A stretch of DNA of 64,000 bases from Octopus vulgaris (taxonomy: Eukaryota). Of the stretch, positions 1 to 13,540 are shown piece by piece. The notes beneath the pieces are model-generated. The model saw nothing but the letters and a program-made list of their open reading frames with translations, did no database searches and was not told where the DNA came from. Where the stretch lies: assembly GCA_951406725.2 (NCBI GenBank), contig OX597817.1, forward strand, positions 67,146,001 to 67,210,000. The letters are read 5' to 3'. The translations under genes were made by a program, and so were the position numbers. Position 1 is the first letter of the stretch; every line of letters starts with the position of its first letter.

Positions 1-1597
1 GTGCATCAGGCTATTACAGACTGGTAAATTAACTCTTGTCTGGAATAGCCCCGAGAGACATTTTTTCTATGCGATGTATTTATTTTTTTGCTCGCATTTC
101 ACCTTGTATGTATTTTTGTCGCACACACGTACACACACATAAATGCTATCTCTCACATACATACGTCACACATGCTTTTCTCGCTTGTTTTTCCATGCTA
201 AATTTGCCTTTTGTGGACACACCTCATTTCTATAGACCCTAAGGGGTCACGTATACATAGAGAGGGTTGTTTGTTCATTATAACGCGTCAGCATGTCATA
301 CTTTTGTTCCTGTGCGAACGAGGCATATAGTCGCTTAACCACTGGCATATTCATTGCTGTTTTTCGGTCTGGCAAGCCTTATTGCATTTCATGCGCCTTT
401 TGCTCCGCACGTGTACTTGCCTTGTTTTTTGCAACACGTTTGCAGTTGGCTTAATACTTTTCCCGACTCATAGGACGTCGGATGTTCACATGCGTTGCGC
501 CATGTTTAGGCGTAATTATTTTTCCCTGTTAGACCACTGTTGGTCACGTAATTAACAGAAAATTATCTGTGTCGCGCATTACACCAGCATGCTTGCACTT
601 TTGCCTTTTGTGTTACTAGCGATCTTCTGTCAATTCCATTTCCTCTCCTGCAGCAATTGATTTAACTGCTATTTTGCAGGATCAACCACCTTTAGAGAAG
701 TTGGATTTTAATTTCGCCTAGGTTCATTGACTGTGAGTTTTGCTTTCCCTCCGCTCCTTTCAGCGGAAGGGTTTATACTTTGTGACGTATACACTTTCAT
801 GCATGCACTCTTGATTTTTGCTCATTGAGTATTTTTTCTCTTTTTCCTTTAGTAAATTTCTTGTGTATGTTATAAATTTTGCCATTTTATTATATTGTGT
901 GCTATTTGGTTATCTGGTGTCCACCTTGAGTTTTGCAGTCACTACAATAAGTTTCCTTCGTGCGTACGCACTGGAGGGGAGCCTTGTAGTGATCCTATAA
1001 CGGTGTGCGCGCGCGCACCGTCCATTTTCTATTTCGCGCGTGCGAGTGTTGGTGCCTTCACCAAGGCACAGAAAGGAAGGGCCCTCTCGCGCATGCGCGA
1101 ACCACCGGAAGCGCGACCCTTTTGCCTACGTGGTAGTTAGCCAAGGCAAGGGGGTCGTAGAACGTTTGACCACTAGCAGCAGTCAGCGGGGACTTGAGAC
1201 AGCAGCGACTGAAGGCGACGGTCACGAAATATTTTCTCTCCGTCTGGACTTGATTCTAGCAGCACCTTACCAAAAGGCCTTTAACCAAATTGTTGCAGAC
1301 CAACATCGTCTCCATTGTTCGCCGCCATCTTTAACCCGTTCTGTTTTTAGCGGCTGAACATTGTAAATATTACAATCTATTAACTTTCTGCCTTGCGCGC
1401 CCAGAACCAAGGACATCAGATAACCACTTATTGTTACTGTTACCACATTAGAGAATAAAGTAGTATATATATCTTTTACGTCTGCGTCTTGTTGTTCCTG
1501 ACTGGTAGAATTCTGGATTATTAAAGCAACGGCTAGTGATTGCTTTCTTGTACCCCGAAAGTACAAGAGAAGATATACTCACACTAAGTTCGTTACA
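1..1597 (+). mobile_element. Non-autonomous LTR retroelement copy 1 (3' part; 5' end outside window): internal region 1-972, PPT 973-984, 3' LTR 985-1597
   Basis: Reverse complement aligns continuously with ~19948-21540. GGAGGGGAGCCT purine tract directly precedes the LTR, which runs TGTAGTGATCC...GTTCGTTACA (TG...CA) and has AATAAA at ~1454. Confidence 0.9.
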
Positions 1598-1701
1598 AAT
1601 GGTTAATCCAGCGCTGTACTCTACCGCCATCATATAAACAAATGATAACCAGCATTTAAAACTAACTTTGAATTAAAACTTCATAAACACACACACAACA
1701 T

Positions 1702-1765
<64 letters not shown>

Positions 1766-1857
1766 ACACACACAGATATATATATATATCTATAAACCAA
1801 AGTTTGGGCACTTAACTCATTTATTGAGAGTAACATGTATTGTTCAAACGTTATGAT

Positions 1858-1997
1858 TTTGATTCCGTGCTCCTTAAAGATTCAATACCCTCAGTAAGGC
1901 CTTTCCTCAGGCCGGTGGAAATCCGAATTTCCACTAGTGTGAGGACAGGCTCCTTTAGGGACTTTGAAACTTTAAGTAGGACAGAAGCCGAATCAAA
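1858..1997. repeat. Degenerate ~140-bp fold-back (imperfect palindrome)
   Basis: Nested inverted arms TTTGATTC/GAATCAAA, CTTAAAGATTCAA/TTGAAACTTTAAG, CCTCA/TGAGG and GTGGAAAT/ATTTCCAC around a CCGA loop. Confidence 0.65.
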
Positions 1998-2859
1998 GAG
2001 TTTTAAACAACTCACCCACACCCACACACACGCGCTCACACGCACAGGCATATTATGTATATATATAAAAGTTCAATTAGAGGTTAAATAAGCATCATTA
2101 AGGGATAATAATATCCAATGAATTTACTGGTTTATTACCTACTATTTATTTAAAAAATTAATTTTAATACTCATAAATAAATAATTAGATAAATCGAGGT
2201 TTATATTATTTAAGAAAAATAAGAAAATAGATATATCAATTAATAATTATATTTATTAATTAAAAACTAAACATAATTCTTGACAGCTGTTTCGATTCAG
2301 ATTTTAAGATTTTGATTAAAATAAATCATTATAAAGTAGAATCTCGTTGAAGGTAGAAAAAAGGATATACCATCACATTTTTATGTGTTAAATGAACAGA
2401 ACATTTCAGCTGAGTATTGTTTTATAGCTAACATTTGGTATAGACCTTATAAAGTGGGGGAAAGGATGTATATATAAAAATATAAATACGTAAAATAATG
2501 TATAATATACTCTATGTAATCATTAAGAAATATAGAGGTAAATAATATATAGTAATTTACCGTGTATTTAAGTATCGTATTATATTGGACTAAATATGTT
2601 TATAAAAATTGAAGTAATAAGGGTGTATAAATTTATAAGTAAAAATAAGAAATGGATAGAGTTATAGATAAATTCATATGTTACTACTTAGATTCATAAT
2701 CAGAAGTTTGCTTGTGCTTAAATGGTGTTCAATAAAAATACAATAGTAAATAAAGGAATCTAATTTTCTACTAAACCCAAGATTCCAAGTTCGATTCCAG
2801 GCAGTGACCTGAACAACAACGACAACAACAACAACAACAACGACGACGTCAAAAATATT

Positions 2860-3765
2860 TCTACAGAAATGATTTCATGATAAATATGATAAATAGCAAT
2901 GTTAGTATAGGCGATTTCCAGCGCAATTTTTCCCTCGCAAGTGCAGGCACTTTTGCAAAAACATGGGGAAAATTTTGCTCAGCGTCTAGTGCTTCCGAAG
3001 TGAAAGAAGCAGAGAAGGAATGTGGAGAACTAAATATTCTTGAAATTACACGATTTCCAATCAGACACACCGTTCTTCAATCACTTGATGCAAAGGAAAT
3101 TGAAATGTGGGTGCGACAGGAAGAAGAAACCACTGAACAATGTCCTGAGGAAAATAATGGTCATGAAATTAGCGACAGTGACAGCTCCCATTCAAGTAAG
3201 TCTGATGTAAATGGCCAAGAACACTCTAATGAGGAAATATCATGGGATAATGCAGAAAAGTCTATGGAGAGTGTGATAAAATTTCTAGAAAGAAATCCTT
3301 TACTGACAACTATGTTTAGCAAGCAATGTCACTTCGAAAGGATATGATCATAAAGAGACTACAGCACCAGGAAATGGAGTTTCGTGATCGCTTGAGGAAT
3401 GCAATGGCAACCCCGTGAGTTTGACAAATGAAGACAGAAACGAAAGTGAAGAAGCTCATTCAATGAATGAATAAAAGTATTCTACATAGGCGATTGGTTG
3501 TTACATGCAGATAATTTATGTAATAAATATCTAACAACTAACATTATTTAATATTAACTTATTTTAAAGTTTTTTTCCTAGAAATGATATTTAACGAGTC
3601 TTTAAAATATATAATGTACTCACCTTAATATATACATTAAATACAGAGGGGTACCCGGAAATGTAAGAGGAAATATTTTAACACCTTTATGCATTTTCTT
3701 CCCGTAATTTGAACAGCGCCCTCTAATTTAACATAGCGCGTGTTCAAATAAGAGGTGTTCTACTG
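2860..3765 (+). mobile_element. 5'-truncated Tigger/pogo-like DNA transposon (transposase C-terminal remnant, ORF 2877-3347, plus right TIR)
   Basis: Peptide ...TFAKTWGKF...EIEMWV...acidic tract...ISWDNAEKSMESVIKFLERNP resembles the post-DDE tail of Tigger/jerky transposases. Right end reads CAGTAGAACACCTCTTATTTGAAC on the minus strand and is followed by TA. Confidence 0.7.
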
Positions 3766-3884
3766 TATATATACATATATTATAATATATAAAAACATAT
3801 ATATATTATATGCATATGTATATATATAATATATATACATAATATATATTAGATATATATAAATATATACACATATATATAATG

Positions 3885-3917
<33 letters not shown>

Positions 3918-4307
3918 ATGTATATATATACGCATAATGTATATATATATATACGTATACGTATGAGTATATATATATATATATACACATAAATATACAT
4001 ACATTATGCGTGTTTATATGCAGACATATATAAACACACACATATATTCCCACGTACATATATATTCGCAGACACTCACACACAGAGACGCTAGCGCACA
4101 CACACATACACACACCCTTACACATACACACACACAAACACACAGTCACACATACAAACACACACGAATGGCTGTAGCGAAGGAACACGAGAGATGATAC
4201 AGCGAAATTCAAAGCCGTTTGCTGCATGGTCCCATTTGTATCGTATGGATGAGTACGTTTGAATTTTTATGATTAATGTCACGTAAAGTATCTCTTTGAG
4301 TGAAATG

Positions 4308-4449
4308 CGGTAAGAAGCTTACTTCCCAACCACAACCACATTGTTTCGAGTTTCCTGCTGTATGGCACCTTGGGCAATTGTCTTCTACTATAGCCACGGT
4401 CCGATTAAAGGTTTGTGAGTGGATTCGGTGGACGGAAACTGAAAGAAGC

Positions 4450-4498
<49 letters not shown>

Positions 4499-4828
4499 AG
4501 GGATGACCACTACGTGGACATCCATTATGCTAGAAGTAGATCTGCTATGGTCTTACACTAAGAAAGAATGTTCTTAAGAAAATTTTAACACACGCCAGAA
4601 CGTAAGCTTACGTTTTGGCGTTTGCTAAAATTTTTTTCGAGAACATTCTTTCTTAGTGGTAAGACCATAGCAGATCTACTTCTAGCATAATGGATGTTCA
4701 CGTAGCGGTCATCCCTCTTATATGTAATATAATTTTTTCTCTATCTTCAGATTTTAATATGCTAGACCACTGGTCTTAAATTCATATTAATAAAATGAAT
4801 ATTCAATTTTTCACCCTTATCATTTAAA

Positions 4829-4922
<94 letters not shown>

Positions 4923-5150
4923 TATGTGTGTGTCATTGTATATGTGTCAGTCCCCCTACCACCGCTTGAAACCAGCGTTGGTGTGTTTACGTTCACACAA
5001 CTTTGCTGTTCGGCAAATGGACCGATAGAATAAGTACCAGGCTTAACAAAACTAAGTACTGGGACCAATTCATTCGAGAAAAAGTTCACCAAGGTGGTGC
5101 TCCAGTATGGTTGCACTCTAATGAGAGAAGCAAGTAAAAGATAGAGGATG
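4308..5150 (+). mobile_element. SINE family A copy (CORE-like motif, internal microsatellite) interrupted by a palindromic insert and (TA)n
   Basis: Head GGTAAGAAGCTT..CACCTTGGGCAA..GACGGAAACTGAAAGAAGCCC at 4308-4451; tail ..GGTGTGTTTACG..GATAGAATAAGTAC..GGTGCTCCAG at ~4945-5140; matches the other family A copies. Confidence 0.8.
4491..4725. repeat. Spacerless ~235-bp palindrome centred on AAGCTT (4604-4609)
   Basis: Left arm ACATATAAAGGGATGACC...AACGTAAG is the near-exact reverse complement of the right arm CTTACGTT...GGTCATCCCTCTTATATGT. Confidence 0.92.
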
Positions 5151-5819
5151 AAAGAATTGGAGCTTTCTATAAATAATAAAGATAGTATACTTGCGGCATT
5201 TATATACGATCCTTTACGTTCGGAGTTGAAATCTTGCCGAAGATAATTTTGCTGGTTATCCTTCAGGAGTCGATTAAATAAAGTTCTTACTCCCATTTCG
5301 CCGCTTGTGCACAGAATAGTTTTAGTATTGTTTTCTGTATTCTAATTATTTCTAGTTCAAGGTCCTTGCACTTCAGAAACGCTAACCGTTGCCATGATAT
5401 TTTTGATCAGAAGGGAAAGCAATGTCTATCAGAGTACGAAAATTTTACATTAAAATCTTTGGTTTCGTTATCGGAGCGATTTCCTTCCATCTTGTTAGTT
5501 TTGACAGCTATGCCCCAGATTATCGTGAATACATCATTGTCAAAACTTGGGGCAACTTCTCAGTTGTCAATGTCAGAATGTCGACATATATTACCTAACT
5601 AGATTTATCTATGTACATGTATATACACACATACACATATATGTATACATATGTGGATGTGTTTGTATGTGTGTGTGTGTGACCTGAGGGAAAGGAGGGT
5701 GCAGCCAGAAATGATGAAATATGCATAGCTAATGACTTCTCATCATCATCATCATCATCATCACGTTCATTCTGACTTTAATCCGGTGATAAGCTGTTCT
5801 AATGATGTATGTGTGCATG

Positions 5820-6035
5820 TATGTGTGTGTGTGTTTGTGTGTCTGTGTTTGTACCCTCACCATCGCTTGGAAACCGATGTTGGTGTGTTTATATCCCCGT
5901 AACTTAGCGGTTCAGCTCAAGAGACCGACAGAATAAGTACTAGACTTACAAAGAATAAGTCCTGGGGTCGATTTGTTTGACTAAAGGTGGTGCTCCAGCA
6001 TGGCCGCAGTTAAATGGCTGAAACAAGTAAAAGTA
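5820..6035 (+). mobile_element. SINE family A, 3' half
   Basis: CATCGCTTG..CCCCGTAACTTAGCGGTTC..AAGTCCTGGGGTCGATTTG..GCATGGCCGCAG..GAAACAAGTAAAAG tail. Confidence 0.85.
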
Positions 6036-6041
6036 TAACAA

Positions 6042-6079
<38 letters not shown>

Positions 6080-6179
6080 CAAAATGAATATGTATAAAAC
6101 TAAGCTCACACAAGCAGACATCTATATACACAACCACACGCGCGAGCACATTAATTGCAATTGTTTTATTTATAGAATT

Positions 6180-7700
6180 CCTATTAAATACAGACGTTAA
6201 ATATTTTGTTGTGGAGAAGGGTATATTAAATCATTGTGAGATAATTCCTCGTTTCGTCTGTGGATATGATTGAGCGACATGGGAATTATACGACATTATC
6301 TCCCAATTTCTGAGTTTAGTGTTTTGAAGTATAGACAGTTTTTCTATGTATTTCAGATTGTGATTGAAATCACTTTTTGCTAAGGATTTGTAGATGTGTT
6401 GGGGCACCTTATTAAAAATTTGATACTCACCTGCTTCTGGTTTTGGTTTTCGGTTGCGGAAATGTTTGCTTGTGTTTCGATTTAATACCATACTTAGAAA
6501 ATTAGATATTCCAGGTTTGCGCATACTGTGATTTTTTGATCGTATTCTGTTTCAAAGCTTGTCTGTGTCTTGCATCTTCATATATCATAGCTAGACCATC
6601 ATCTCTATATAGTCACATCGACGAAGTGTATTTTTCTTTATTGTGTGTATTACGCATCCTCGTAGCTAACTATAGATTCGTTGATAATTTCATTTTCATG
6701 GATCTTGACAGAGACGGAGTTGTTATAAAATCGCAACGACTTTCTTGCGTTTATTATTATATCAATATTATATTAATATCTTTTCTTTCAAATTTTTGCA
6801 CAAAAATCAGCAATTTGGGGGAGAGAAGGCAGTCGAATACATCATCCCCAGTACCTGACTGATACTTATTTCATCGGCTCCGAAAGGAAGGAAGGAAGGA
6901 AGGAAAGAAAGAAGGAAGGCAAAATCGACATTGGCTGAATTTTATATTATTATATTAATACCCGTGTTTGTTAAGTTTTTCCGATTTCTAATGTCTCCAG
7001 GAGAATATATTTAGAATTGAATGTAGTTAGGTGCTTCTAGAATCCTCAAACTACTTTACTGCGGTGGAACTTCGGTTCCACTGTGCTAGTTTTTTTTTTT
7101 ATCTCATTTTAGAGTTTAAGTAGTCAGACCTGTATTTATTAATTATTAAAGATATTGAGCTTGTGTTTAATTGGATTATTTAGTCACATATTTTAGACTG
7201 AATATAAAGTTTGCCTTTCATGTTTGGTAAGGTTTCCGTGGAGTGAGGCGTTCTACCCAATATTCTATATTTAAATATATTTCTTAGGTTTATCGCTTTA
7301 TGTTTTATTTCTATTTTAAAATATATTCTTGTGATATTTGGTAATAATTTACTGTGTATAATTACGTCTGATCCACCTAAACTTTTAGCTATATCAACAC
7401 ATACATAAAGTTTTCGCTTTTAAAAGGAAATAAATGCATATTGAATGCGTTTTAGAAATTATTAGTATATTTACATCTTGCTTTATAAATTTGATGAAGT
7501 CTGTTTCTAATTTTTTAAACTGTTGTTTGGGGGAAATATTTTTGCTGCTGTTGAAGAAGAGTGCCATCCTTATCAATCTCCTTAATATCATTTCAATTTT
7601 CTATATATGACTCATATAATAAAGAACCATTTATATGCTTTGCGATATTTTTCAAGGAGTGCTGAAATATATTTTTCTATTTTCTATCTTAAAGACAAGA
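6180..7700 (-). mobile_element. Degenerate Penelope-like retroelement fragments
   Basis: Broken minus-strand frames such as IFNKVPQHIYKSLAKSDFNHNLKY..WEIMSYN and FKKLETDFIKFIKQDVNILIISKTHSI resemble Penelope ORF regions; many stops and frameshifts. Confidence 0.5.
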
Positions 7701-8310
7701 GAAAGCAACATTACTCTAAAATAGACTGTGGCTAAAAAAAGAAAGTTATAAAATGGATATGGCGTCAAGTACTATTTACAAACAACTGAACAATTCTAAA
7801 CACTATCTGTACCTGTAGAGAGGAAATATTTTCTCTTCGTTTACGCATAAAAATATTTTCAACAGTCATATTTGGAAAACAAAAAAGTAGATATTAATCT
7901 AAATACTTATTGCAGAAAAAAACAGCGACAGTTGCAGTCAAACAAAGAAGAGAAATGTTATAAATTACAAATTATCATGCAGCATCAAGGTTAAACTTTG
8001 TGTTGTAAAGAACTTTCCGTTGCCCACCAGCAAACACTTCCTGAGCAGAGAAATATTCTATCAGCTGTTCAGCAAGAACATGAAAGTGAGCGTCAGCTGT
8101 ATAAGAAACATGTAGTTATAAGTTACTATTTTCTTTATGTGGCTAGGAAAATGCTTTGCAACCTATCTCTGATGGAGCCGTAATATTCCCTTTAACTTAT
8201 AAGGGCCATTCCTATATCTGTCTGTATGTCTGTCTGTCTGTCTATCTATCTACCTACCTACCTACCTACCTACCTACCTACCAGTCTGTTTGTCTGTCTG
8301 TCCGTCCGTG

Positions 8311-8379
<69 letters not shown>

Positions 8380-8381
<2 letters not shown>

Positions 8382-8605
8382 TCCTTTACTACCCACAAGG
8401 GGCTAAACACAGAGAGGACAAACAAGGACAGACAAACGGATTAAGTCGATTATATCGACCTCACTGCGTAACTGGTATTTATTTAATCGACCCCGAAAGG
8501 ATGAAAGTCGACCTCGGCGGAATTTGAACTCAGAACGTAGCGGCAGACGAAATACCGCTAAGAATTTCGCCCGGCGTGCTAACGTTTCTGCCAGCTGGCC
8601 GCCCT
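8380..8605 (-). mobile_element. SINE family B (tRNA-like head; GCCTTTCATCCTTTCGGGGTCGAT central domain) embedded in (TATC)n
   Basis: Near-identical reverse complement of the full-length copy at 52625-52855; B-box-like GAGTTCAAATTCC. Confidence 0.9.
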
Positions 8606-8606
8606 T

Positions 8607-8785
<179 letters not shown>

Positions 8786-9324
8786 CACACACACACATAC
8801 ACACACCCATTGTAATGTGAGAGATGTAAAACATGGAGAATATATTTCAGACATTATCTTGTACAGGACTTAATAAGGTGGGGTTTGGATATGTTTATTA
8901 CACACACGAACACACATCTTAAACATAGTTTGTTCATACTTGTGGTTAGATAATTTCATCGCTATTACCGACTCTATTTCATGAACTACGTATAAATCTT
9001 CGAACACGTGATGACAGTATGATGTCCCCCTCTTATCTTCCCTTTATTCTTTCACTATTTCTGTCCCTTGTGTCAAACTTTGTATCAGTTTTCTTCCCCT
9101 GTATCCATCGTTTCCAAAGCTTGTTATTCTAATTCCTTATTTCATCTCTCGAGAGTAATTCCCTTAACATGTTAAGTACAGTATGATCCCCCGTTTTAAT
9201 GCGAGATCAAAACAAGATTTGCATTGTTTACTGATAATATTGCCTTGAATTACATTCCAAAGCGGTAGCATAACGAATCTTGTAAGTTACATGCAGAGAT
9301 AGTTGCCAGAACTGGTAGGCTTGA

Positions 9325-9474
9325 TTGTGTGGTAAGAAGTTTGCTTCTCAAGCACATGGTTCCGGGTTCAGTCCCACTGCATTGCACCTTGAGTAAGCGT
9401 CTTCCATTATGGCCTCGGACCGACCAAAACCTTGTGAGTGGGTTTGCTAGACAGAAATTGAAGGAAGCCCGTCG

Positions 9475-9524
<50 letters not shown>

Positions 9525-9902
9525 GTAGAAAAATACAAACTGGGACAAGAACGTAAAACATTTAGAAGACGATACAAAAAACACGGACAAAAGAACCGGA
9601 TCATCCTAGCAATTTCGGCTATATATATACGCGTGTGTGTGTGTGTGTGTATGTGTGTGAGTATGTGTGTGCGTGTGTGTGTGTCTGTGTTTGAATCTGT
9701 GCATGTCCTCCACTACTGCTTGACAACCAGTGTTGGTGTGTTTACGTCCCCTTAACTTAGCAGGTCGACAATGAGACCAATAGGATAAGTATGAGGCTTT
9801 AAAAAGAATATGTACTGGGTCGATTCATTCGACTAAAAATTCTTCAATACCGTGCCCCAGCATTACCAAAGTCTAGTGACTGAAACAAATAAAAGGTGAA
9901 AG
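9325..9902 (+). mobile_element. SINE family A, full length, with an extra ~100-bp insert in its internal (TA)n
   Basis: Head 9325-9475 and tail ~9690-9900 match family A; foreign segment at ~9520-9620. Confidence 0.85.
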
Positions 9903-9912
9903 ATATATTTAC

Positions 9913-9960
<48 letters not shown>

Positions 9961-10079
9961 CACACAAGCTTAAGTTAAAGTATGTCTTGAGTTTACAAAC
10001 CTTTTTTGTTAGAGATTGTTCAAGTCTCCATAACGTATGAACTGGTCGTCAGGCTGTGACAAGACTAAGCCCTTTCCAC

Positions 10080-10240
10080 AAGCTGTCGGTGGTACTTATT
10101 CTCAGCCGAGTGGACTGAAGCAAAGTGAAATTAAGTATCTTGCTGAATGACACCGCAACACACCGCCCGATCCAAGGATCAAACCTGGGGCCTAACGATC
10201 GCGAACTCAACATCTAAATATTACAGTAAGTATCTTAACA
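10080..10240 (-). mobile_element. Older tRNA-derived SINE, family C (related copy at ~53270-53400, + strand)
   Basis: Minus strand has a tRNA-like head followed by GTGTCATTCAGCAAGATACTTAATTTCAC..CAGTCCACTCGGCTG; similar to TGTGTCTTTGAACAAGGCACTTCATTTCATG at ~53337. Confidence 0.55.
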
Positions 10241-10844
10241 CACACGCACATACACATCATACAATTATATAATACCATTTTAATTATTCTTTCTATATTT
10301 ACATAATCTTTTCTTACAGAGTATTTATGAGCATTTAATTCCTAGAGAATTGAAAATGTGTTCGTTGCTTCTTTCGCTCTCCCTCCATTCTCTCACATTC
10401 TCTTCAACTTTAGCTGAAATCAACAAACTTTTTTTCCTGTTTCCTTGTTTCATTCGTATTGTTGTTTTTTTCGCCTTTTCTTTTATTTATTTGTTTAAAT
10501 TGCAACAAACATGGATTTGATAAACATTCATTTCCAGTGAACACAATATACGTGGGAAAAACAAAATAAAACAAAACACATGCAAAGATAATTTAATGTG
10601 CTTATTTTCAGTTGTTTAATTGTTTGCTTGTTTAACCCTCTTTTACCTACACCAGAGAAACTCTCTTTTTCACGCACGCACACACACACAGACACACACG
10701 CACACACACACACACATACACTCATACACACTCACACACACACACACTTATGTGTATGTATGTTTCTCAGGATTATTTTGTCTCCCACTATTTTAGTTAT
10801 TTTCACTCTCTTTTCTATCCACTCTTTTTCTGTCTGTCTGTCTG

Positions 10845-10877
<33 letters not shown>

Positions 10878-12657
10878 GTAACTCTGTTTCTCAATCCTTC
10901 TTTGTCAATCTCTCACTCTTTCACTTTCTATCCCTACTTTCGTTCAATTTGCTAATAAGATTAAAATAAGCTAAACAAACATGAACAGTTGTAGGTCTCT
11001 GGCTTTTCGACTTCAAATATATTTATATTTTAGTTCTATTATATACAATGAAGATTTCATTATACAACAAAATAAATAATGCATTTTTACAATTTTTACG
11101 ACGCGTCGTTGAAAAAGAAAGAGAAATCATGACATAAGGCAAGTTACATAAGATAATAATCTAAATTCTCAATTATTTTTTTTAAAAAGAAATAATATAT
11201 ACAAGACTTCAAGTCTGCGCATAGAATTTCAAATAAAATGAAATGTCTACAGTTTAATTCACTGATTAGACACAAATACTAACTGTAACCATTGAATATC
11301 TCTTTCAACGTAGCTTGGCGCCAAAGAAGACCTCAACAAAACTACAACAATAAAAGGACAACAGCGTAAACGATTTTCATTGTTGAAAGGTAAATCGAAA
11401 TGTAAAAGATCGACAATCTGTATGAAATGGCAAACACGTGGTAGTTTGGGAGGTGTTATATGTTGTGGTTGCCTACTCCAAATTTAGCTCTGATATATCA
11501 TACGTAAGATTAAAGTCGTTCGACCATCTTGTCCTTTGGTACATTTAACAAAGTTCACTCTGTTGCAAGCATTTAAGCTAGGTTTACGATCAGAAAATAA
11601 CTCCTACCAGCCGCGGACGCTCTGTTAAAGGATCACGTGTTCTATATTTTCGCCTCTGACCAAGTGATAAAAAAGGTATATTTTTGTATATCTTAGCTGC
11701 ATCGTTCAATGCTCGCTTCTTTCTCTCTCTCTCTCTTTCTTTTTTAAAAACAGGGTGTGTTTTTTGTAAGTGTAAGCCTCGGAATTAGTCTGAAATTTCT
11801 TCAGGTTGAGCGACTGCATGAAGGCTCCTAAGTGTCTCGTGTGTGTTAACATGCAATGCATGTGACAACGTGACACATGACAGAGGAAATAAGAAGTGAA
11901 TGTTCGTTAATTATGAAAATTTGCTGCATGTACAAACACGTTTGTGCAGACATGGTCGATAGGTTAAGAAGTTCGTTTCACTATTAGATGGCTCCGTGTC
12001 GAATTCTACTTCGTTTGTTATACATATTTTCTTTTACAAATGTAGGTTAACTTTAAAATATAAAAAACCCCTTTCAGTTAAAATGCTTAATTTAACAACT
12101 TTTTGACAAAAATCGGTAAAATTTTACTTTTTCTTCTTAAAGGCAGAAAATTGGACAGGTGTCTTTTACCTTACTTTCTGGTATATGGAATTTGTGTGTG
12201 TGTAATGTGCGCAGAATCCTGCTGGATGTGTGTTTGCGTTCGTGTGTGTGTATATATATATACATCATAAGGAAGTACAGACAAGGTCGTCGAAACAGTA
12301 CTTAATGACAGGGAGAAGTTACTTATGGTTATGACACCTGGCACCTCGTATTTGTTTGAATTTCACTTGCGGATGAGGTGATTTGAATACATAGGTGATT
12401 GAAAATCTTCTGAATAGATGGAAAAGAAAGAAAGAAAAGGAGAAAAGAGAGAAACGCCGTGTATTTTCTAGTAATAGTCCGAAACTAGGCGAAGGGGAGG
12501 TTATTACATGCTTATCTGCTGGTTGATCCTCGATACTTTTTAAGGTTACAAATTACAGGCTCAAGTGTTCATATCCACTCCGTTTATAGGCATTTCAGTG
12601 GAATTCACGCCAGTCTTAGTAGCAAACTTAGTTGCATCACAATTATTCTAGAGTTTA

Positions 12658-12823
12658 CGTTCCTAGTTCAAATTCCGCTGAGTTCGACTTTGCCTTTCAT
12701 CCTTTCGGGGTCGATAAATTAATTATCAGTTACGCACTGGGGTCGATGTAATCGACTTAATCCCTTTATCTGTCTTTGTTTGTCCCCTCTATGTTTAGCC
12801 TCTTGTGAGCAATAAAGAAATAA
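12658..12823 (+). mobile_element. 5'-truncated SINE family B with 17-bp TSD
   Basis: Direct repeat AATTATTCTAGAGTTTA at 12641-12657 and 12824-12840 flanks family B sequence. Confidence 0.92.
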
Positions 12824-12849
12824 AATTATTCTAGAGTTTATTTGTAGCA

Positions 12850-13540
12850 GATATATAAATTAAACGTTAGATAATGGATAAGAATACGATATTTAATTAT
12901 GATTCTGTATTCGTGAAATTATGTTTGTAAATATTTGTATACAAGTATATATGCAAAGTTGTACTTGTTCGAAAAAGAACTTAATAAGCAAAGAACTTGG
13001 ATGAAGATTGGAAATTGTAACTTCGGGTATTCATATCGATTATACAAGTTCCATCGAAATTTTTCAAAATGTTGAAGGTTACAGGTGGTATGTTTACTCT
13101 TTAAATGTTCTTACACGTTATCAAGATTATGGCCAAAATGATTTACATAAATTAAACGTAAATGAGCTAAGAGAAATAACATAGAAAAACAGTGGTGTGT
13201 GTTTGAATAACAAAGGGTTGTCTATTAATTACTATGCAGCGTTTATGTTTTAACGCTGTTGACACCACTGGATTAAATGGTACTGTCAAGGCGTCGAAAC
13301 CACGATGATAACTGTTAAGCAGCGGATGATGGAAACATATTTGTGCTGATTGTGAATCTATTATATCGTGTTTTCCTTCATTTTTGTATTGTTGAACTTG
13401 TTAGAAAGGTCCTTTGTTTCTTGGTTTATGGTGATTTTGTCGTTTGTATTATAACATATATTTAATGTTACACATGATTCTCCTTCATTTGAAGTCTAAT
13501 TATGGGTATGGCAATCACTTAATTAAGGGTTTCTAACTTC
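12850..13540 (-). mobile_element. Degenerate repeat, probably Penelope-like 5' region (related copy at ~42500-43130)
   Basis: TTTTAACGCTGTTGACACC..GGCGTCGAAACCAC..GCAGC at ~13250-13325 aligns with ~42885-42965; the family assignment is inference. Confidence 0.4.
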
